Virus record (IMG/VR): IMGVR_UViG_3300016464_000060
Span: 1 to 64,000 of that record
Length of the DNA: 64,000 nt
Strand: one strand, 5' to 3'
DNA from: an uncultured virus (IMG/VR IMGVR_UViG_3300016464_000060)
Lineage: Duplodnaviria; Heunggongvirae; Uroviricota; Caudoviricetes
Position numbers and translations under genes: made by a program. Below, one piece after another: positions 1-9,105 of the stretch. Position 1 is the stretch's first letter. Each line of letters starts with the position of its first letter. The notes under the pieces are model-generated. The model made no database searches. It worked only from the letters and a program-made list of their open reading frames with translations, and was not told where the DNA came from.

Positions 1-1480
1 CGAGGGCTTTGAGTTCTTGGATAGATGCTGTTAACAAAGGGATAAGTTCGGAATAACGAACAGACAAATATTCTGTTTCATCACCTGTTTCTTTGTAATC
101 AGTTTTTTTAATTTTATCTATCGCTTCTGGAACAACTTTTTCTATGCTTTGAGCAATTAAACCAACACAAGGTTTTTTATCTTCGTCATGTTTCCATGTG
201 AATTTAACAGGTTCTAGTTTTGCTACATCCGCTAATGCATTTGTATAAGTTCCTGTTACATTTTTTAATCTTGAATCAGAATATGCTGCCCAAGAAGTCG
301 CACCATTTGATAAATAAACACCCCCCGACCCACCACATCGGGCAATAAGATTATTACTTATTTGAGACAACTCAGAAGTTCTGGTTGAATTCACTAAATA
401 TAAATGAATGTCGTTTCCATTTTGAGTAGAACCTAACTGAAGGTCTGCGTCTTGAGTTGCACTATATATTTGCAAAACAGGGGTAAGGGCACTTGTACCT
501 CCATTCATACTCCACCGACCATTGCTATTACAATACAGTCTTGGATTCCCAGCCCCATCAGACAGCACAATATTGTTTGATGTTGTGCGGATGTCTAGAC
601 CACCTCCGTTACCACCATAACGACCAAGGATAGTATTTCTAGCACCAGTGGTGATTGCGTATCCAGCGCCATTCCCAATAAAAGTATTTTGACCGCCAGT
701 AGTGGTTAAATAACCTGCTTCCATACCAATACAAGTATTGTCATCTGCTGTACTGCTATACCCAGCCCTATAACCAAGCCCAGTAAAATTAACATTTGTA
801 CTATTCGTATACCCCGCCTGATACCCTACTGCTGTGTNNTTGTTAGAGGCTGTGGTGTTGGCTTGGAGGGCGTTTTGTCCGATTGCTACATTGTTTGCCC
901 CAGTTGTATTTCCGATTAGTGCATTTATGCCTATACCTATATTCCAATTCCCTGTAGTATTAGCGGTCAATGCGGCATAACCTAAAGCAACACCGCCAAC
1001 ACCCGTTGTATTTGCTAATAGCGCTTGATAACCCACTGCTGTATTAAGTCCAGACCCACTATTAGCGCCTGCTAAAGCACTTACGCCAAACGCTGTATTT
1101 CCAGATACTCCATTAGTACCCTTACCAACAGTTTGTCCATTGATGGTTGCGTCAGCCGTTGTGGTTACTGTGCCCCCTGCTAATGCTGTTGTGTTCACCG
1201 TACCCTGACCCGGTGCAATCACCTGAGTTATTGGGCTTGTGTAGCGTACATAGATGTTGTTCGTTCCGCTCAACGGAGCAGATGTGAACGTGATGGTATT
1301 ACCTGATACCGTGTATGCGCTAGATGGGTTCTGTACTACGTTGTCAATTACAGCCTCAACCTGCGCCACAGACGCGACTGGGCGAGACAGCGTGAATGCG
1401 GTCGTACTACCGTTACCGCTGAAGTAATCAACGGCTGGGGTGAAAGCCTGCTGGGTGGAAGAGTTGCCAATTACTGCCAT
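1..1480 (-). CDS. Tail fibre/spike with Gly/Asn/Thr repeats and C-terminal intramolecular chaperone (peptidase S74-like); runs off the window edge
   Basis: Not in ORF track; translated by hand from ATG at 1480: MAVIGNSSTQQAFTPAVDYFSGNGSTTAFTLS..., repeats NTAVGYQALLANTTG, C-terminal WAAYSDSRLKN...VGLIAQ...VRYSELIPLLTASIQEL. 'nn' at 838-839 keeps the frame. Confidence 0.85.
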   Translation of the reverse strand, partial: MAVIGNSSTQQAFTPAVDYFSGNGSTTAFTLSRPVASVAQVEAVIDNVVQNPSSAYTVSGNTITFTSAPLSGTNNIYVRYTSPITQVIAPGQGTVNTTALAGGTVTTTADATINGQTVGKGTNGVSGNTAFGVSALAGANSGSGLNTAVGYQALLANTTGVGGVALGYAALTANTTGNWNIGIGINALIGNTTGANNVAIGQNALQANTTASNXXTAVGYQAGYTNSTNVNFTGLGYRAGYSSTADDNTCIGMEAGYLTTTGGQNTFIGNGAGYAITTGARNTILGRYGGNGGGLDIRTTSNNIVLSDGAGNPRLYCNSNGRWSMNGGTSALTPVLQIYSATQDADLQLGSTQNGNDIHLYLVNSTRTSELSQISNNLIARCGGSGGVYLSNGATSWAAYSDSRLKNVTGTYTNALADVAKLEPVKFTWKHDEDKKPCVGLIAQSIEKVVPEAIDKIKKTDYKETGDETEYLSVRYSELIPLLTASIQELKAL

Positions 1481-1481
1481 G

Positions 1482-1808
1482 TTATGCCACCGTCAATCCT
1501 GATACCCAAGCATCGGCTGAAGAAGACGCACTGGCTACCACTACCAGAATATCGCTCGCTTGCAGAATAATTCTGTTGCCTTGGATACATTCGTTTGAGC
1601 CCCCTACCGCCACGGTCGCGCCTTTGACTAAGTAGTAGTTGACCGCAGAGCGGGTAAAGTAAACATCACAAGTGATGGGGGATGTAGAGGTGTTAGACAC
1701 CACAAGGCTGGCTACAGCCAAGGTTGTTGCAGATGCGACTGTCGTTACAGTTGAACCGCTAGTGCTTACGTTCTTTACTCCGTACGATACGTTGGTGTAT
1801 GTGGTCAT
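1482..1808 (-). CDS. Small virion/tail-associated beta-rich protein
   Basis: 108 aa, Ser/Thr/Val-rich, in tail gene cluster. Confidence 0.6.
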   Translation of the reverse strand: MTTYTNVSYGVKNVSTSGSTVTTVASATTLAVASLVVSNTSTSPITCDVYFTRSAVNYYLVKGATVAVGGSNECIQGNRIILQASDILVVVASASSSADAWVSGLTVA

Positions 1809-1811
1809 GGT

Positions 1812-2183
1812 TTATCCGTTTATAAATCCCATAAAGTACGCCTGATCCAAAATGTTCTGCGTAGGGGGGTTGTTGGTCACCGAGTACTCGGCGGGGTAGG
1901 TCACAAAGACATCCTTAGTCCCTGCGCTGAAATTAACCAAAGAGCCTGAGTTGCTCGATGCCAAAACTGTCGTGCGGGCTAGGGTTGTCCCTGATGAGGT
2001 GTATGTACCGACCCCCACTTCCCACTCGGAAGTGCCCTGACCAGCGATGGTGTAGTAGGTGGTGTTGCCGTTGCCAATTACGGCAAAAGACTGAAAGCCT
2101 GTCGAGGCTCCAAGAAGGGTCACTGTCCCCGTACCAGTCGTCGTGGTAGTTTCCTTAACGCGGTCTGCAATAACAAGTGCCAT
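1812..2183 (-). CDS. Tail fibre-associated structural protein
   Basis: ADRVKETTTTTGTGT...EWEVGVGT...VNFSAGTKDVFVTYPA, a motif typical of phage tail-fibre N-terminal modules. Confidence 0.7.
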   Translation of the reverse strand: MALVIADRVKETTTTTGTGTVTLLGASTGFQSFAVIGNGNTTYYTIAGQGTSEWEVGVGTYTSSGTTLARTTVLASSNSGSLVNFSAGTKDVFVTYPAEYSVTNNPPTQNILDQAYFMGFING

Positions 2184-2191
2184 GTGTGTCC

Positions 2192-2860
2192 CTAACTCAC
2201 TACGGTATCAATCAACACCCAACCAGCGGTTTCGGCGTCATCAACCAACGCCCATCCAGCAGATTGCGAGTCATCTATATTTTGCCAGTTTGCATCCTGA
2301 CTGTCTATGACAATCGTCCAGTAAACCGCAGCCATCGTGCCTTGCGACGCCGTCGCTAAAAGACCAGACAACGCGGGGGATAGTGCAACACCCAAAGAAC
2401 CATTAGCGCCCACGGCTGCATTACCAGATATGGCAATACTCTTCTCTGGTGATAATGTGCCTTTAAAACCTAAAGCAGATAATCCTGTTAAGGCTACTGT
2501 TACGCTAACGCCAACCTGACCACCATAAGCAACCGCCGCATCGCCAAGGAATGGATACGACTTATCAACGGTAAGAGTTCCAACAAAACCTGACGCAGTC
2601 CGCCCGGTTAAGGTTATGGTTATGCTTGGGGCTAGTGTTCCTACGTATCCAGATGCCGCGTTACCTGTTAAACCGAAAGAAGACGCTGGGGAAACAGTCC
2701 CAACAAACGCAGAACTTGTCAGCCCTGTCAGGCCGACTGTAGAACTAGGCGTTAATGTTCCAACATACGCAGACGCAGACAACCCCGCTAGGGCGACACT
2801 GATGTCGTTTGTGCCTAACGAGGCATACGGGGATTGTGCGTAAGCGGATATGCCAAACAT
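2192..2860 (-). CDS. Repeat-containing structural/tail protein
   Basis: MFGISAYAQSPYAS start; repeated ~21-aa LTGxxAxGxVGTL units. Confidence 0.65.
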   Translation of the reverse strand: MFGISAYAQSPYASLGTNDISVALAGLSASAYVGTLTPSSTVGLTGLTSSAFVGTVSPASSFGLTGNAASGYVGTLAPSITITLTGRTASGFVGTLTVDKSYPFLGDAAVAYGGQVGVSVTVALTGLSALGFKGTLSPEKSIAISGNAAVGANGSLGVALSPALSGLLATASQGTMAAVYWTIVIDSQDANWQNIDDSQSAGWALVDDAETAGWVLIDTVVS

Positions 2861-2886
2861 GGTCTACGGCTTTATGCCGCCTCCGC

Positions 2887-3363
2887 TTAGGTTGTTGCGA
2901 TGCGAATTAACGCTGTCGATGTTGTGTTGCTAGGCATCGTCAGGGTAAACGTACCAGCCGTGATGGTCTGTGAACCAAATGTATATACACCAACCGCCTT
3001 GTTAGACTGGGTAGAGTTGTAGATCAATACCGTATCAAACGCCGTGGCCAACGTCACGTTCGTGTAAACAAGCGATGCTGAAGGAGTCCAGTAAGCCGTA
3101 CCTGCGGTTGCCGACGTATTAGTTGATGCTGGCACGGTGGCGTTAGTTACCGTCACACCGCCTGCGGTGTAGTTTGTACCAGAAACCTCACCCGTGGTTG
3201 AATACGCCGTGGTGGATGCGTCATACGTTGCTGACGCTAGGTACAGAGCACCTTTGAAAGTGTCTGCGGCTGTAGTAGCGCGAGTAGGAGCAACGCCAAA
3301 ATTATGGGTTCCTGTCAGAAGTTCCGCTAGGAAAGAGGTGCAAAGAGATGCGGTATTTGCCAT
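2887..3363 (-). CDS. Virion structural protein (paralogue of 3570-3998)
   Basis: FKGALY...STTAYSTTGEVSGTNYTAGG...IYN...GTFTL. Confidence 0.7.
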   Translation of the reverse strand: MANTASLCTSFLAELLTGTHNFGVAPTRATTAADTFKGALYLASATYDASTTAYSTTGEVSGTNYTAGGVTVTNATVPASTNTSATAGTAYWTPSASLVYTNVTLATAFDTVLIYNSTQSNKAVGVYTFGSQTITAGTFTLTMPSNTTSTALIRIATT

Positions 3364-3372
3364 GATGGCTCC

Positions 3373-3570
3373 TTATACGAAATTGGTTAGTTCGCCACCC
3401 GCAAACGCCGGTGCTTTTTTCAAGGTCACATGGACAGAACGATGGACTAACGCGCCGTCTTTCCAGTACTCCACCCAAGTGGTTAATTCGTTGTCGTCTT
3501 CAAACGTGCCTTCCTTCTTCTCCAGAAGTGCCTCGTCAACTTCACCTAATGTTGTATATACAAGTGCCAT
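3373..3570 (-). CDS. Hypothetical small protein
   Basis: 65 aa, abuts both neighbours in the operon. Confidence 0.6.
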   Translation of the reverse strand: MALVYTTLGEVDEALLEKKEGTFEDDNELTTWVEYWKDGALVHRSVHVTLKKAPAFAGGELTNFV

Positions 3571-3998
3571 TACGCGATCCTTATGATGGCTGAAGTGTTG
3601 GTTATGGCTGGGAATTGTACGGTGAATGTGCTTGTGCTGGTCTTATCTGCCCCGAAATCCAATACACAAATCGCCCCGTTATCCCCGCTCTTATAAATCA
3701 ATGCGCCCCGCGCTGTGATGGCTCCAGTCCACGAGGCGTTATCAAACGAAATATACGAAGTGGCAGCACCTGTCTGGTTACCGATTGTGGGTACTTGAGA
3801 GACAGTCAAAGCCAAACCACCCGCTACATAGTTCCCACCCGTGGCTTCACCAGTCGTTGTGTAGGCTGTTGTAGTCGCATCCAACGTAGCGTTGTTGGTG
3901 TACAGGGCTATGTAGAAAGTGCCGGACGTGAAGTTAAACGAGCCGTTCATCAAGCCCGTTTTAAATGTGTTGCAAGTCCAATTCCCAGTGAAGGCCAT
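3570..3998 (-). CDS. Virion structural protein (paralogue of 2887-3363)
   Basis: FYIALY...TTTAYTTTGEATGGNYVAGG...ARGALIY...VLDFGADKTS. Confidence 0.7.
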   Translation of the reverse strand: MAFTGNWTCNTFKTGLMNGSFNFTSGTFYIALYTNNATLDATTTAYTTTGEATGGNYVAGGLALTVSQVPTIGNQTGAATSYISFDNASWTGAITARGALIYKSGDNGAICVLDFGADKTSTSTFTVQFPAITNTSAIIRIA

Positions 3999-4711
3999 CA
4001 GGTCACCGCCTGTCTATATTGACCAGAACGGTAAGCATCCTGACGCTCCATTCCATCTCCAAGGCGTTTAGCCAAAGCTAGTGCTTCCTTGTACTTGGTG
4101 TCATACAAGGTAATCAAATCCTGCTCGCCCTTCATATAGGTATACGCTTCAACCAGCGAACCGTACAGAAGAACCGTGTCAAAGTTATCACCAAGCCATG
4201 TTGTTGTGGCCGTAGTGATGGACTCTGGGTAATAGTAAAAATGCAACTCTACGTTGTAAGCCGCGTCTGGTGTTGGGCCAAGAATAAACGAGAGTTCGTT
4301 GGTAATCGTGCTACCTGTAATCGTAGGGCCGAATAGTGCGTAGTATTTGGGTAAACCCCTATATGCAGCACCTGTGTCTGGATAAGCCTCGCGGATGAAG
4401 TTCACATCCTTGTTCAATAGATATGTGTATGTCTCGCTGCTTGTGCCATAGTTCTCAATGACCGCCATCGAGTAGGTAGCAAGATAATCATCAGGCGCGG
4501 ACAGGTACTTTAGACCAGTCGTCATTGCACCAATCATGTTTTTGCGCAATGATGGAAACTGTACCGAGTTGTAAATGCGTTGCTCAGCCTGCTCAATCAG
4601 ACGATTAATTTGCTCTGCGGAAGTAACAGTAGTCCCGTCCGCCAAAGTGGTAGACGGAAAGTTGTTCTCCGTATAGGTCTGAATCGCAGTTACTAACTCG
4701 GAATAGTTCAT
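3998..4711 (-). CDS. Head-tail adaptor/neck-type protein
   Basis: 237 aa; MNYSELVTAIQ...AEQRI...PTPD...LLYGSLVEA pattern of podovirus adaptor proteins. Confidence 0.6.
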   Translation of the reverse strand: MNYSELVTAIQTYTENNFPSTTLADGTTVTSAEQINRLIEQAEQRIYNSVQFPSLRKNMIGAMTTGLKYLSAPDDYLATYSMAVIENYGTSSETYTYLLNKDVNFIREAYPDTGAAYRGLPKYYALFGPTITGSTITNELSFILGPTPDAAYNVELHFYYYPESITTATTTWLGDNFDTVLLYGSLVEAYTYMKGEQDLITLYDTKYKEALALAKRLGDGMERQDAYRSGQYRQAVT

Positions 4712-4950
4712 GCCATTGGGCCTCGTGCCATTACGCCTTTAGTGGCAGCGCCAGTGCCACGGATTTTGATGCCGTCAGTTTTGACGGTTTCGTTGCCAGC
4801 AGACTTGCTAATTGCGCCAATAGACATATCAAGCGTTTCAGCTTTACTACGGTTTGGCTCTTTGCCGGGGTTAGAAGACACCGTTACGCTCTTGCCAGAC
4901 ATGGTGTGTGGCTTTGCGTAGGCAGATGCCGGTAGGTTGTTTTTAGCCAT
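4708..4950 (-). CDS. Small basic protein
   Basis: 80 aa, Lys-rich, ends RGTGAATKGVMARGPMA. Confidence 0.7.
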   Translation of the reverse strand: MAKNNLPASAYAKPHTMSGKSVTVSSNPGKEPNRSKAETLDMSIGAISKSAGNETVKTDGIKIRGTGAATKGVMARGPMA

Positions 4951-4951
4951 A

Positions 4952-5143
4952 TTAGCCTCCGCGTGAAGCGCCGCGTTGGTTCACGACTTTTGCCATGCCA
5001 CGTCCATACTGCTTCATCATCTCATTGGTCTTGCCGCCTTTAGCCAACTTGGTCATTGGCTTGCCGGGGTGCATCTTTTTTTCATGCTTGTGCACTGCAC
5101 CTGCAATCATTTTCTTGTCCTGTTTTAAATCTGCTTTGTCCAT
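4952..5143 (-). CDS. Small basic protein
   Basis: MDKADLKQDKK...LAKGGK; ATG at 5143 after GGAG. Confidence 0.65.
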   Translation of the reverse strand: MDKADLKQDKKMIAGAVHKHEKKMHPGKPMTKLAKGGKTNEMMKQYGRGMAKVVNQRGASRGG

Positions 5144-5152
5144 TCTCAACTC

Positions 5153-5542
5153 CTAAGTTGTTACTACCTCTACTGTACCCAAACTTATGGTCGAAACCAA
5201 GTTATTTGGCGTCATTCCTGCATCAAAAAAACTTGCACCCCCAACTGGAGCCCAGCCCCACTGAAAGATGCGACTACCACCACCAAGATAACCGTCTGCA
5301 CCTAAACCAGAAACTTGGTAACTCACATCAGGACGTGGATCACGTACACCTTGTGGGTCGTCTACCGGATACATACCCAACTGCAACTGAGGTTGGTCGG
5401 GATCCCAGCACGAGGAACAGACTAGCAGGTTATATGTTTTGGTCTTGATTACTTCCTTGCGTAACGCGGTTAACTTGAAACGAAAACCACATCGGTCACA
5501 TTCAGCAATCGAGTTCTTGCCGGATGAAAACCTATTACCCAT
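5153..5542 (-). CDS. Zn-finger-like conserved phage protein
   Basis: ECDRCGF...LVCSSCWDPDQPQL...RDPRPD. Confidence 0.65.
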   Translation of the reverse strand: MGNRFSSGKNSIAECDRCGFRFKLTALRKEVIKTKTYNLLVCSSCWDPDQPQLQLGMYPVDDPQGVRDPRPDVSYQVSGLGADGYLGGGSRIFQWGWAPVGGASFFDAGMTPNNLVSTISLGTVEVVTT

Positions 5543-6492
5543 TAGGTGCTACCCCCAATGAACATTTGACGCGGAACAAGGCGGATGGCTGCACGTTCTT
5601 GGTCTTCATCGGCTGCCGTCATCCATGCTTCGTCGTACTGGGCTTTCAAAACCTGCAATCTGTCCATCCCGCCGGGCACTTTAAGCGCTAAGTAATACGC
5701 CAATCCTGCGGTTAGACAGTTAATAAACCTAAAGGGAATGTCCATGACATTCACACCACCGCCCGCATCTTGCACGCGACGCATGCGCCAGTACACGAAC
5801 TGGTATGTCTGTGAGCCATCTGGCGTAGGCCAGACTGTGATGCTTTGTTTTTGTACTAGGCTAATTGCTGCGCCAGAAGTGTGGGCTGCTGCCGTCGTGC
5901 CTTGCTGTCCACGTGTACAGTTCAAAAGATACGCTGGTGTAGCACCATCGGCAACAGAAAACTCGTTAAACCCAATCAACTCACTGCCAATTTGAATGAA
6001 CCCTGCGTTGGGCACACCCACAAGACTGCTGATAGGGATTGATGTGTCCGTGGCTGTAATCGTTGCAGCCAAAGTACCTGCCAACACAGAAGACTGCCCG
6101 CTAAGACGCTGAATCCACACTTGAATTGGACGGCCTTGGGTTAACTTGTTGGGGATTGTGGCGTAGGTAGAAACACTAATACGCGTGATGGTTAGGTCGG
6201 CTTGCGTTGATGGGGTGTTGGCATTCGTGCGAATGACGTGCTCCAAAATGTCTGCCGTATCGTCTGGCAGTGCGTATGTTGGCTGGCCTTGGGTTAGGGT
6301 AATGACGTCTTGCTCAAACGTCCACATGTTGACCCCACGGTTAGCCCAGTCCGCAAACAACAAGTTCAAAGACCTACGAGCCGTGCGCAAATCATAGCCT
6401 GTGCGCAACTCCGAACCCACGCGCTCGAACGCTTCCTCCACTATTTCAGAGAGGTCTAGATTGAACGATGCGGTTCCGGAGGTGTACGCCAT
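5542..6492 (-). CDS. Head completion/tail adaptor protein
   Basis: 316 aa; ARRSLNLLFADWANRG...WPTPD...AGLAYYLA. Confidence 0.65.
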   Translation of the reverse strand: MAYTSGTASFNLDLSEIVEEAFERVGSELRTGYDLRTARRSLNLLFADWANRGVNMWTFEQDVITLTQGQPTYALPDDTADILEHVIRTNANTPSTQADLTITRISVSTYATIPNKLTQGRPIQVWIQRLSGQSSVLAGTLAATITATDTSIPISSLVGVPNAGFIQIGSELIGFNEFSVADGATPAYLLNCTRGQQGTTAAAHTSGAAISLVQKQSITVWPTPDGSQTYQFVYWRMRRVQDAGGGVNVMDIPFRFINCLTAGLAYYLALKVPGGMDRLQVLKAQYDEAWMTAADEDQERAAIRLVPRQMFIGGST

Positions 6493-6493
6493 G

Positions 6494-6667
6494 TCACTTC
6501 ATTTTCTTTAATGTCTGCGCCAAACGAGCGCGTTGACCCAATTTGCCGGGGGCTTTGGCTGCTTTGGCTAGTTTGCCTGCTGGAATCGGCTTGCCTTCTT
6601 TCGCACCAAGCGCGGAGCGCAGAGCGCCGGGCTTCTTGATCGCTTTCTGTATCCATTTTTCAGCCAT
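6494..6667 (-). CDS. Small basic protein (57 aa)
   Basis: Not in track; hand translation MAEKWIQKAIKKPGALRSALG...GQRARLAQTLKKMK; fills the operon gap exactly. Confidence 0.75.
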   Translation of the reverse strand: MAEKWIQKAIKKPGALRSALGAKEGKPIPAGKLAKAAKAPGKLGQRARLAQTLKKMK

Positions 6668-6900
6668 TATCTAAATCCCGCTGTTTTCTTTGCAATATTC
6701 TTAGGCTGTGCTACGAATTGTTTTCCGGCTTTTTTGCCAGCGCGTTTCGCACGCGTTGTCGCAGCGTACTCAGCAGGGCTGAGACTTTTGATCGCAGCTT
6801 CTGGAAGGTATCGCTCACCTGTTTTACTAGACGGTTTTCCACTTTTGGTCCTCCATTTCTGGTCACCCCAATCTTTTAAGGATTGCTGTGGCGCTTTCAA
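6667..6900 (-). CDS. Small basic protein
   Basis: QSLKDWGDQKWRTKSGKPS...ERYLP; K/R-rich. Confidence 0.7.
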   Translation of the reverse strand: MKAPQQSLKDWGDQKWRTKSGKPSSKTGERYLPEAAIKSLSPAEYAATTRAKRAGKKAGKQFVAQPKNIAKKTAGFR

Positions 6901-7172
6901 TCTCGGTAACCCCCACCTGCCGCCTTGTATTTCTTAGCAACAAGCTGAGCTTTGCGGGCTGACCATTGACCTGCACCTGTACCATGAGTGGCTGCGGCTT
7001 TTACCTGAGACACAATCTTCTTGCGAAGACTAGGCTTTGTGTAATTACCCGCAGCGTTGACCTTCCCACCGTCTTTAAACTGTGTAAAGTCAGTGTTGTC
7101 ACGACGTGCTTTTTTCACGCCTTTAGGCATTTTGCTGGGAGCGACGGCTCCCATACCGCGACTTGGCCTCAT
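6897..7172 (-). CDS. Small basic protein
   Basis: FKDGG...NYTKPSLRK...GQWSARKAQL...YKAAGGGY. Confidence 0.7.
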   Translation of the reverse strand: MRPSRGMGAVAPSKMPKGVKKARRDNTDFTQFKDGGKVNAAGNYTKPSLRKKIVSQVKAAATHGTGAGQWSARKAQLVAKKYKAAGGGYRD

Positions 7173-7175
7173 GTA

Positions 7176-7502
7176 TTAACACTTACCGCCGTAAGCCATT
7201 TTGATCTGCTTGGCTTTAGTCTTGCCTTTTTGAGCAATACCGTCAGCCGCACGGGTATACCCGCCAGAGGCCATTTTCTTGGTTGGCATGTCTTTAGATG
7301 CACCTTTTTTCTTAGCCATCATTGCCATAAAACCTGCGTTCATTTTTCCAGCCATACGGCCTCCTTTTGCGAATTTTTTGCCTTTATCGGCGGTTGCGAA
7401 ATCTTGTCCCACAGACTGCGGGACTCCTACTTTCTTGGCGAACGATGGATTGTGCGCCACCGCCTCCATGAAATTGTGTTGCTTTTTACTAGTTGAGGGC
7501 AC
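7176..7502 (-). CDS. Small basic protein
   Basis: MPSTSKKQHNFMEAVAH...; three xxxGG motifs; ADGIAQKGKTK. Confidence 0.7.
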   Translation of the reverse strand: MPSTSKKQHNFMEAVAHNPSFAKKVGVPQSVGQDFATADKGKKFAKGGRMAGKMNAGFMAMMAKKKGASKDMPTKKMASGGYTRAADGIAQKGKTKAKQIKMAYGGKC

Positions 7503-7740
7503 TCTTTTGCTCCCGTATAAACAGGTCTATCTTATTCTCAAGACGGTCGAGCCTATCTAGCACGCGGTTGATTTCGCCATGAACCTCGTTTTTGGTCATG
7601 TACTTCTCCGCGTTCTCTTCTCTGGTCTTGCTAAGAAGAATGGATATGCGTTTGGCTTCGTTGTTCACGCTGTTAACCCATAAAAGAATTAAAGCAGAAA
7701 GCAACGATAACCCAGCACTCCATAAGGTCGAGTTTTCCAT
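7489..7740 (-). CDS. Single-TM coiled-coil protein
   Basis: Start reassigned to MENSTLWSAG (7740); hydrophobic N-terminus then LDRLDRLENKID. Confidence 0.6.
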   Translation of the reverse strand: MENSTLWSAGLSLLSALILLWVNSVNNEAKRISILLSKTREENAEKYMTKNEVHGEINRVLDRLDRLENKIDLFIREQKSALN

Positions 7741-8063
7741 CAGCACATCCTTCCTTTGGTCTTGCCCTTTTGGGCAATTCCATCGGCTGCTTTTACATAC
7801 CCACCATCGGCGCAGTTCCAAGCCCGTAGGCTCTTGTTAATCCTCGAGTTGGGATCGTTTGCGGTCTTGGCGCTCGTTAATTTCGACTTCATGCCTTTCA
7901 TACGAGCGCAGAAAGAGTCGCGCCTTGAGCCGCCCTCCGGTTGAGGTCTCTTCAGACCCGGCTTGCCCGGATTCGCTGCGTTGTAAGAGGCTCGCCCCTT
8001 GGCGTTCAATCCGCCACTGGGATTCTTTCCTTCTTTGCGTTGCCATGCTGGTGTTTTAGCCAT
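7740..8063 (-). CDS. Small basic protein
   Basis: KNPSGGLNAKGR...RRDSFCARM...SLRAWNC; ADGIAQKGKTK. Confidence 0.7.
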   Translation of the reverse strand: MAKTPAWQRKEGKNPSGGLNAKGRASYNAANPGKPGLKRPQPEGGSRRDSFCARMKGMKSKLTSAKTANDPNSRINKSLRAWNCADGGYVKAADGIAQKGKTKGRMC

Positions 8064-8799
8064 TTACAACTTTCAAACGAGACTCCCGTATGCCCTTGAG
8101 CAAGGGGATAACAACTTCCTCGCGGAAATTGTTGGTGAATGTTTCGCTGCCAATATGGGGCAAGCTGATGTCCACATCGATGTAGACCTTGAACCCCATC
8201 TGGGTAGCCCTGTCGCAGAACAAATAGTCTTCGCCTACGTAGCGGTCTTCCACAATCGCAAAGTCAAATATAGCCGAGACCTTATTGCCTGTTACGTTGT
8301 TTGTGTATGACCACTCTGGGTGAGCGTCAATCATCTGCTCAATCACATGACGGCGGATAAGCATAAACCCTGTACCCACGCGCTTGACGCGCATGAGAGA
8401 GCCATCAAACTCCAAATCTTCTTTATCATTCCAATACAGGTCTGTGAAGAACTTTTTGTCTCTAGCCCTACGTGGGTATGCCCCAGCCACAATGTCTTTA
8501 TCTGAACCCTGCGCAAGCAAGCGCAGGATGTCTTCTGGCGTAGCAACTACGTCAGCATCTATAAAAAGCAGGTCTGTGCAGTCTGTCTTCAAAAACTCCG
8601 CCACCAGCGAGTTACGCGCCATAGTGATGATGGAGCAGTTTGAAATATCAGACAAAGTAATAGCCACGCCCAAGCGCATAGCTTCTGGCATCAACTGAGC
8701 CAGCGCATACGCCGTTTTGACGTTGACTTTACCGTCGTAGCAAGGAATACCGATAAACAGTTTTCTGCCTGCCAGAACCGCCTTTTTAGACTCAGCCAT
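8056..8799 (-). CDS. GT-A fold glycosyltransferase-like protein
   Basis: IGIPCY, ARNSLV, LLFIDAD (DxD), GTGFMLI, GEDYLFC, LPHIG. Confidence 0.8.
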   Translation of the reverse strand: MAESKKAVLAGRKLFIGIPCYDGKVNVKTAYALAQLMPEAMRLGVAITLSDISNCSIITMARNSLVAEFLKTDCTDLLFIDADVVATPEDILRLLAQGSDKDIVAGAYPRRARDKKFFTDLYWNDKEDLEFDGSLMRVKRVGTGFMLIRRHVIEQMIDAHPEWSYTNNVTGNKVSAIFDFAIVEDRYVGEDYLFCDRATQMGFKVYIDVDISLPHIGSETFTNNFREEVVIPLLKGIRESRLKVVNG

Positions 8800-9061
8800 A
8801 GAAAGCTACCGCAGTTACGCTTGCGCCGGGGGTCACAATAAGACTTGTAGAGCACAAGATTCCTTCGGCGGGAATCCAAATACTGCTTGTTGAAGCCGCT
8901 GCTATTGTGAATGTAAACAACGTGGTAGCCCCATCTTTAATAGCAATGGTAGTAGCCGCAGATGCGCTATACCAAATACCTTTAAAACGAGTGCGTCCGT
9001 CATAGACAGTCGTAGCAGTGCTTGCTGGGCAATCCGCGCCTTTAACATCTGTCTGCATCAT
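8792..9061 (-). CDS. Small virion protein
   Basis: 89 aa beta-rich ORF with GGAG RBS, in structural operon. Confidence 0.6.
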   Translation of the reverse strand: MMQTDVKGADCPASTATTVYDGRTRFKGIWYSASAATTIAIKDGATTLFTFTIAAASTSSIWIPAEGILCSTSLIVTPGASVTAVAFYG

Positions 9062-9075
9062 AATTAATCTCCTTT

Positions 9076-9098
9076 AAAAACGGGAGCCGAAACCCCCG
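9076..9098 (-). terminator. Probable intrinsic terminator
   Basis: Minus strand CGGGGGTTTCGGCTCCCG followed by TTTTT, just after gene 9106-9570. Confidence 0.55.
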
Positions 9099-9105
9099 AG
9101 ATCAA

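Noticed and set aside
838..839. 'nn' in the tail fibre as a frameshift or DGR variable site
   Set aside because: Frame is preserved, and no reverse transcriptase or template repeat was seen.
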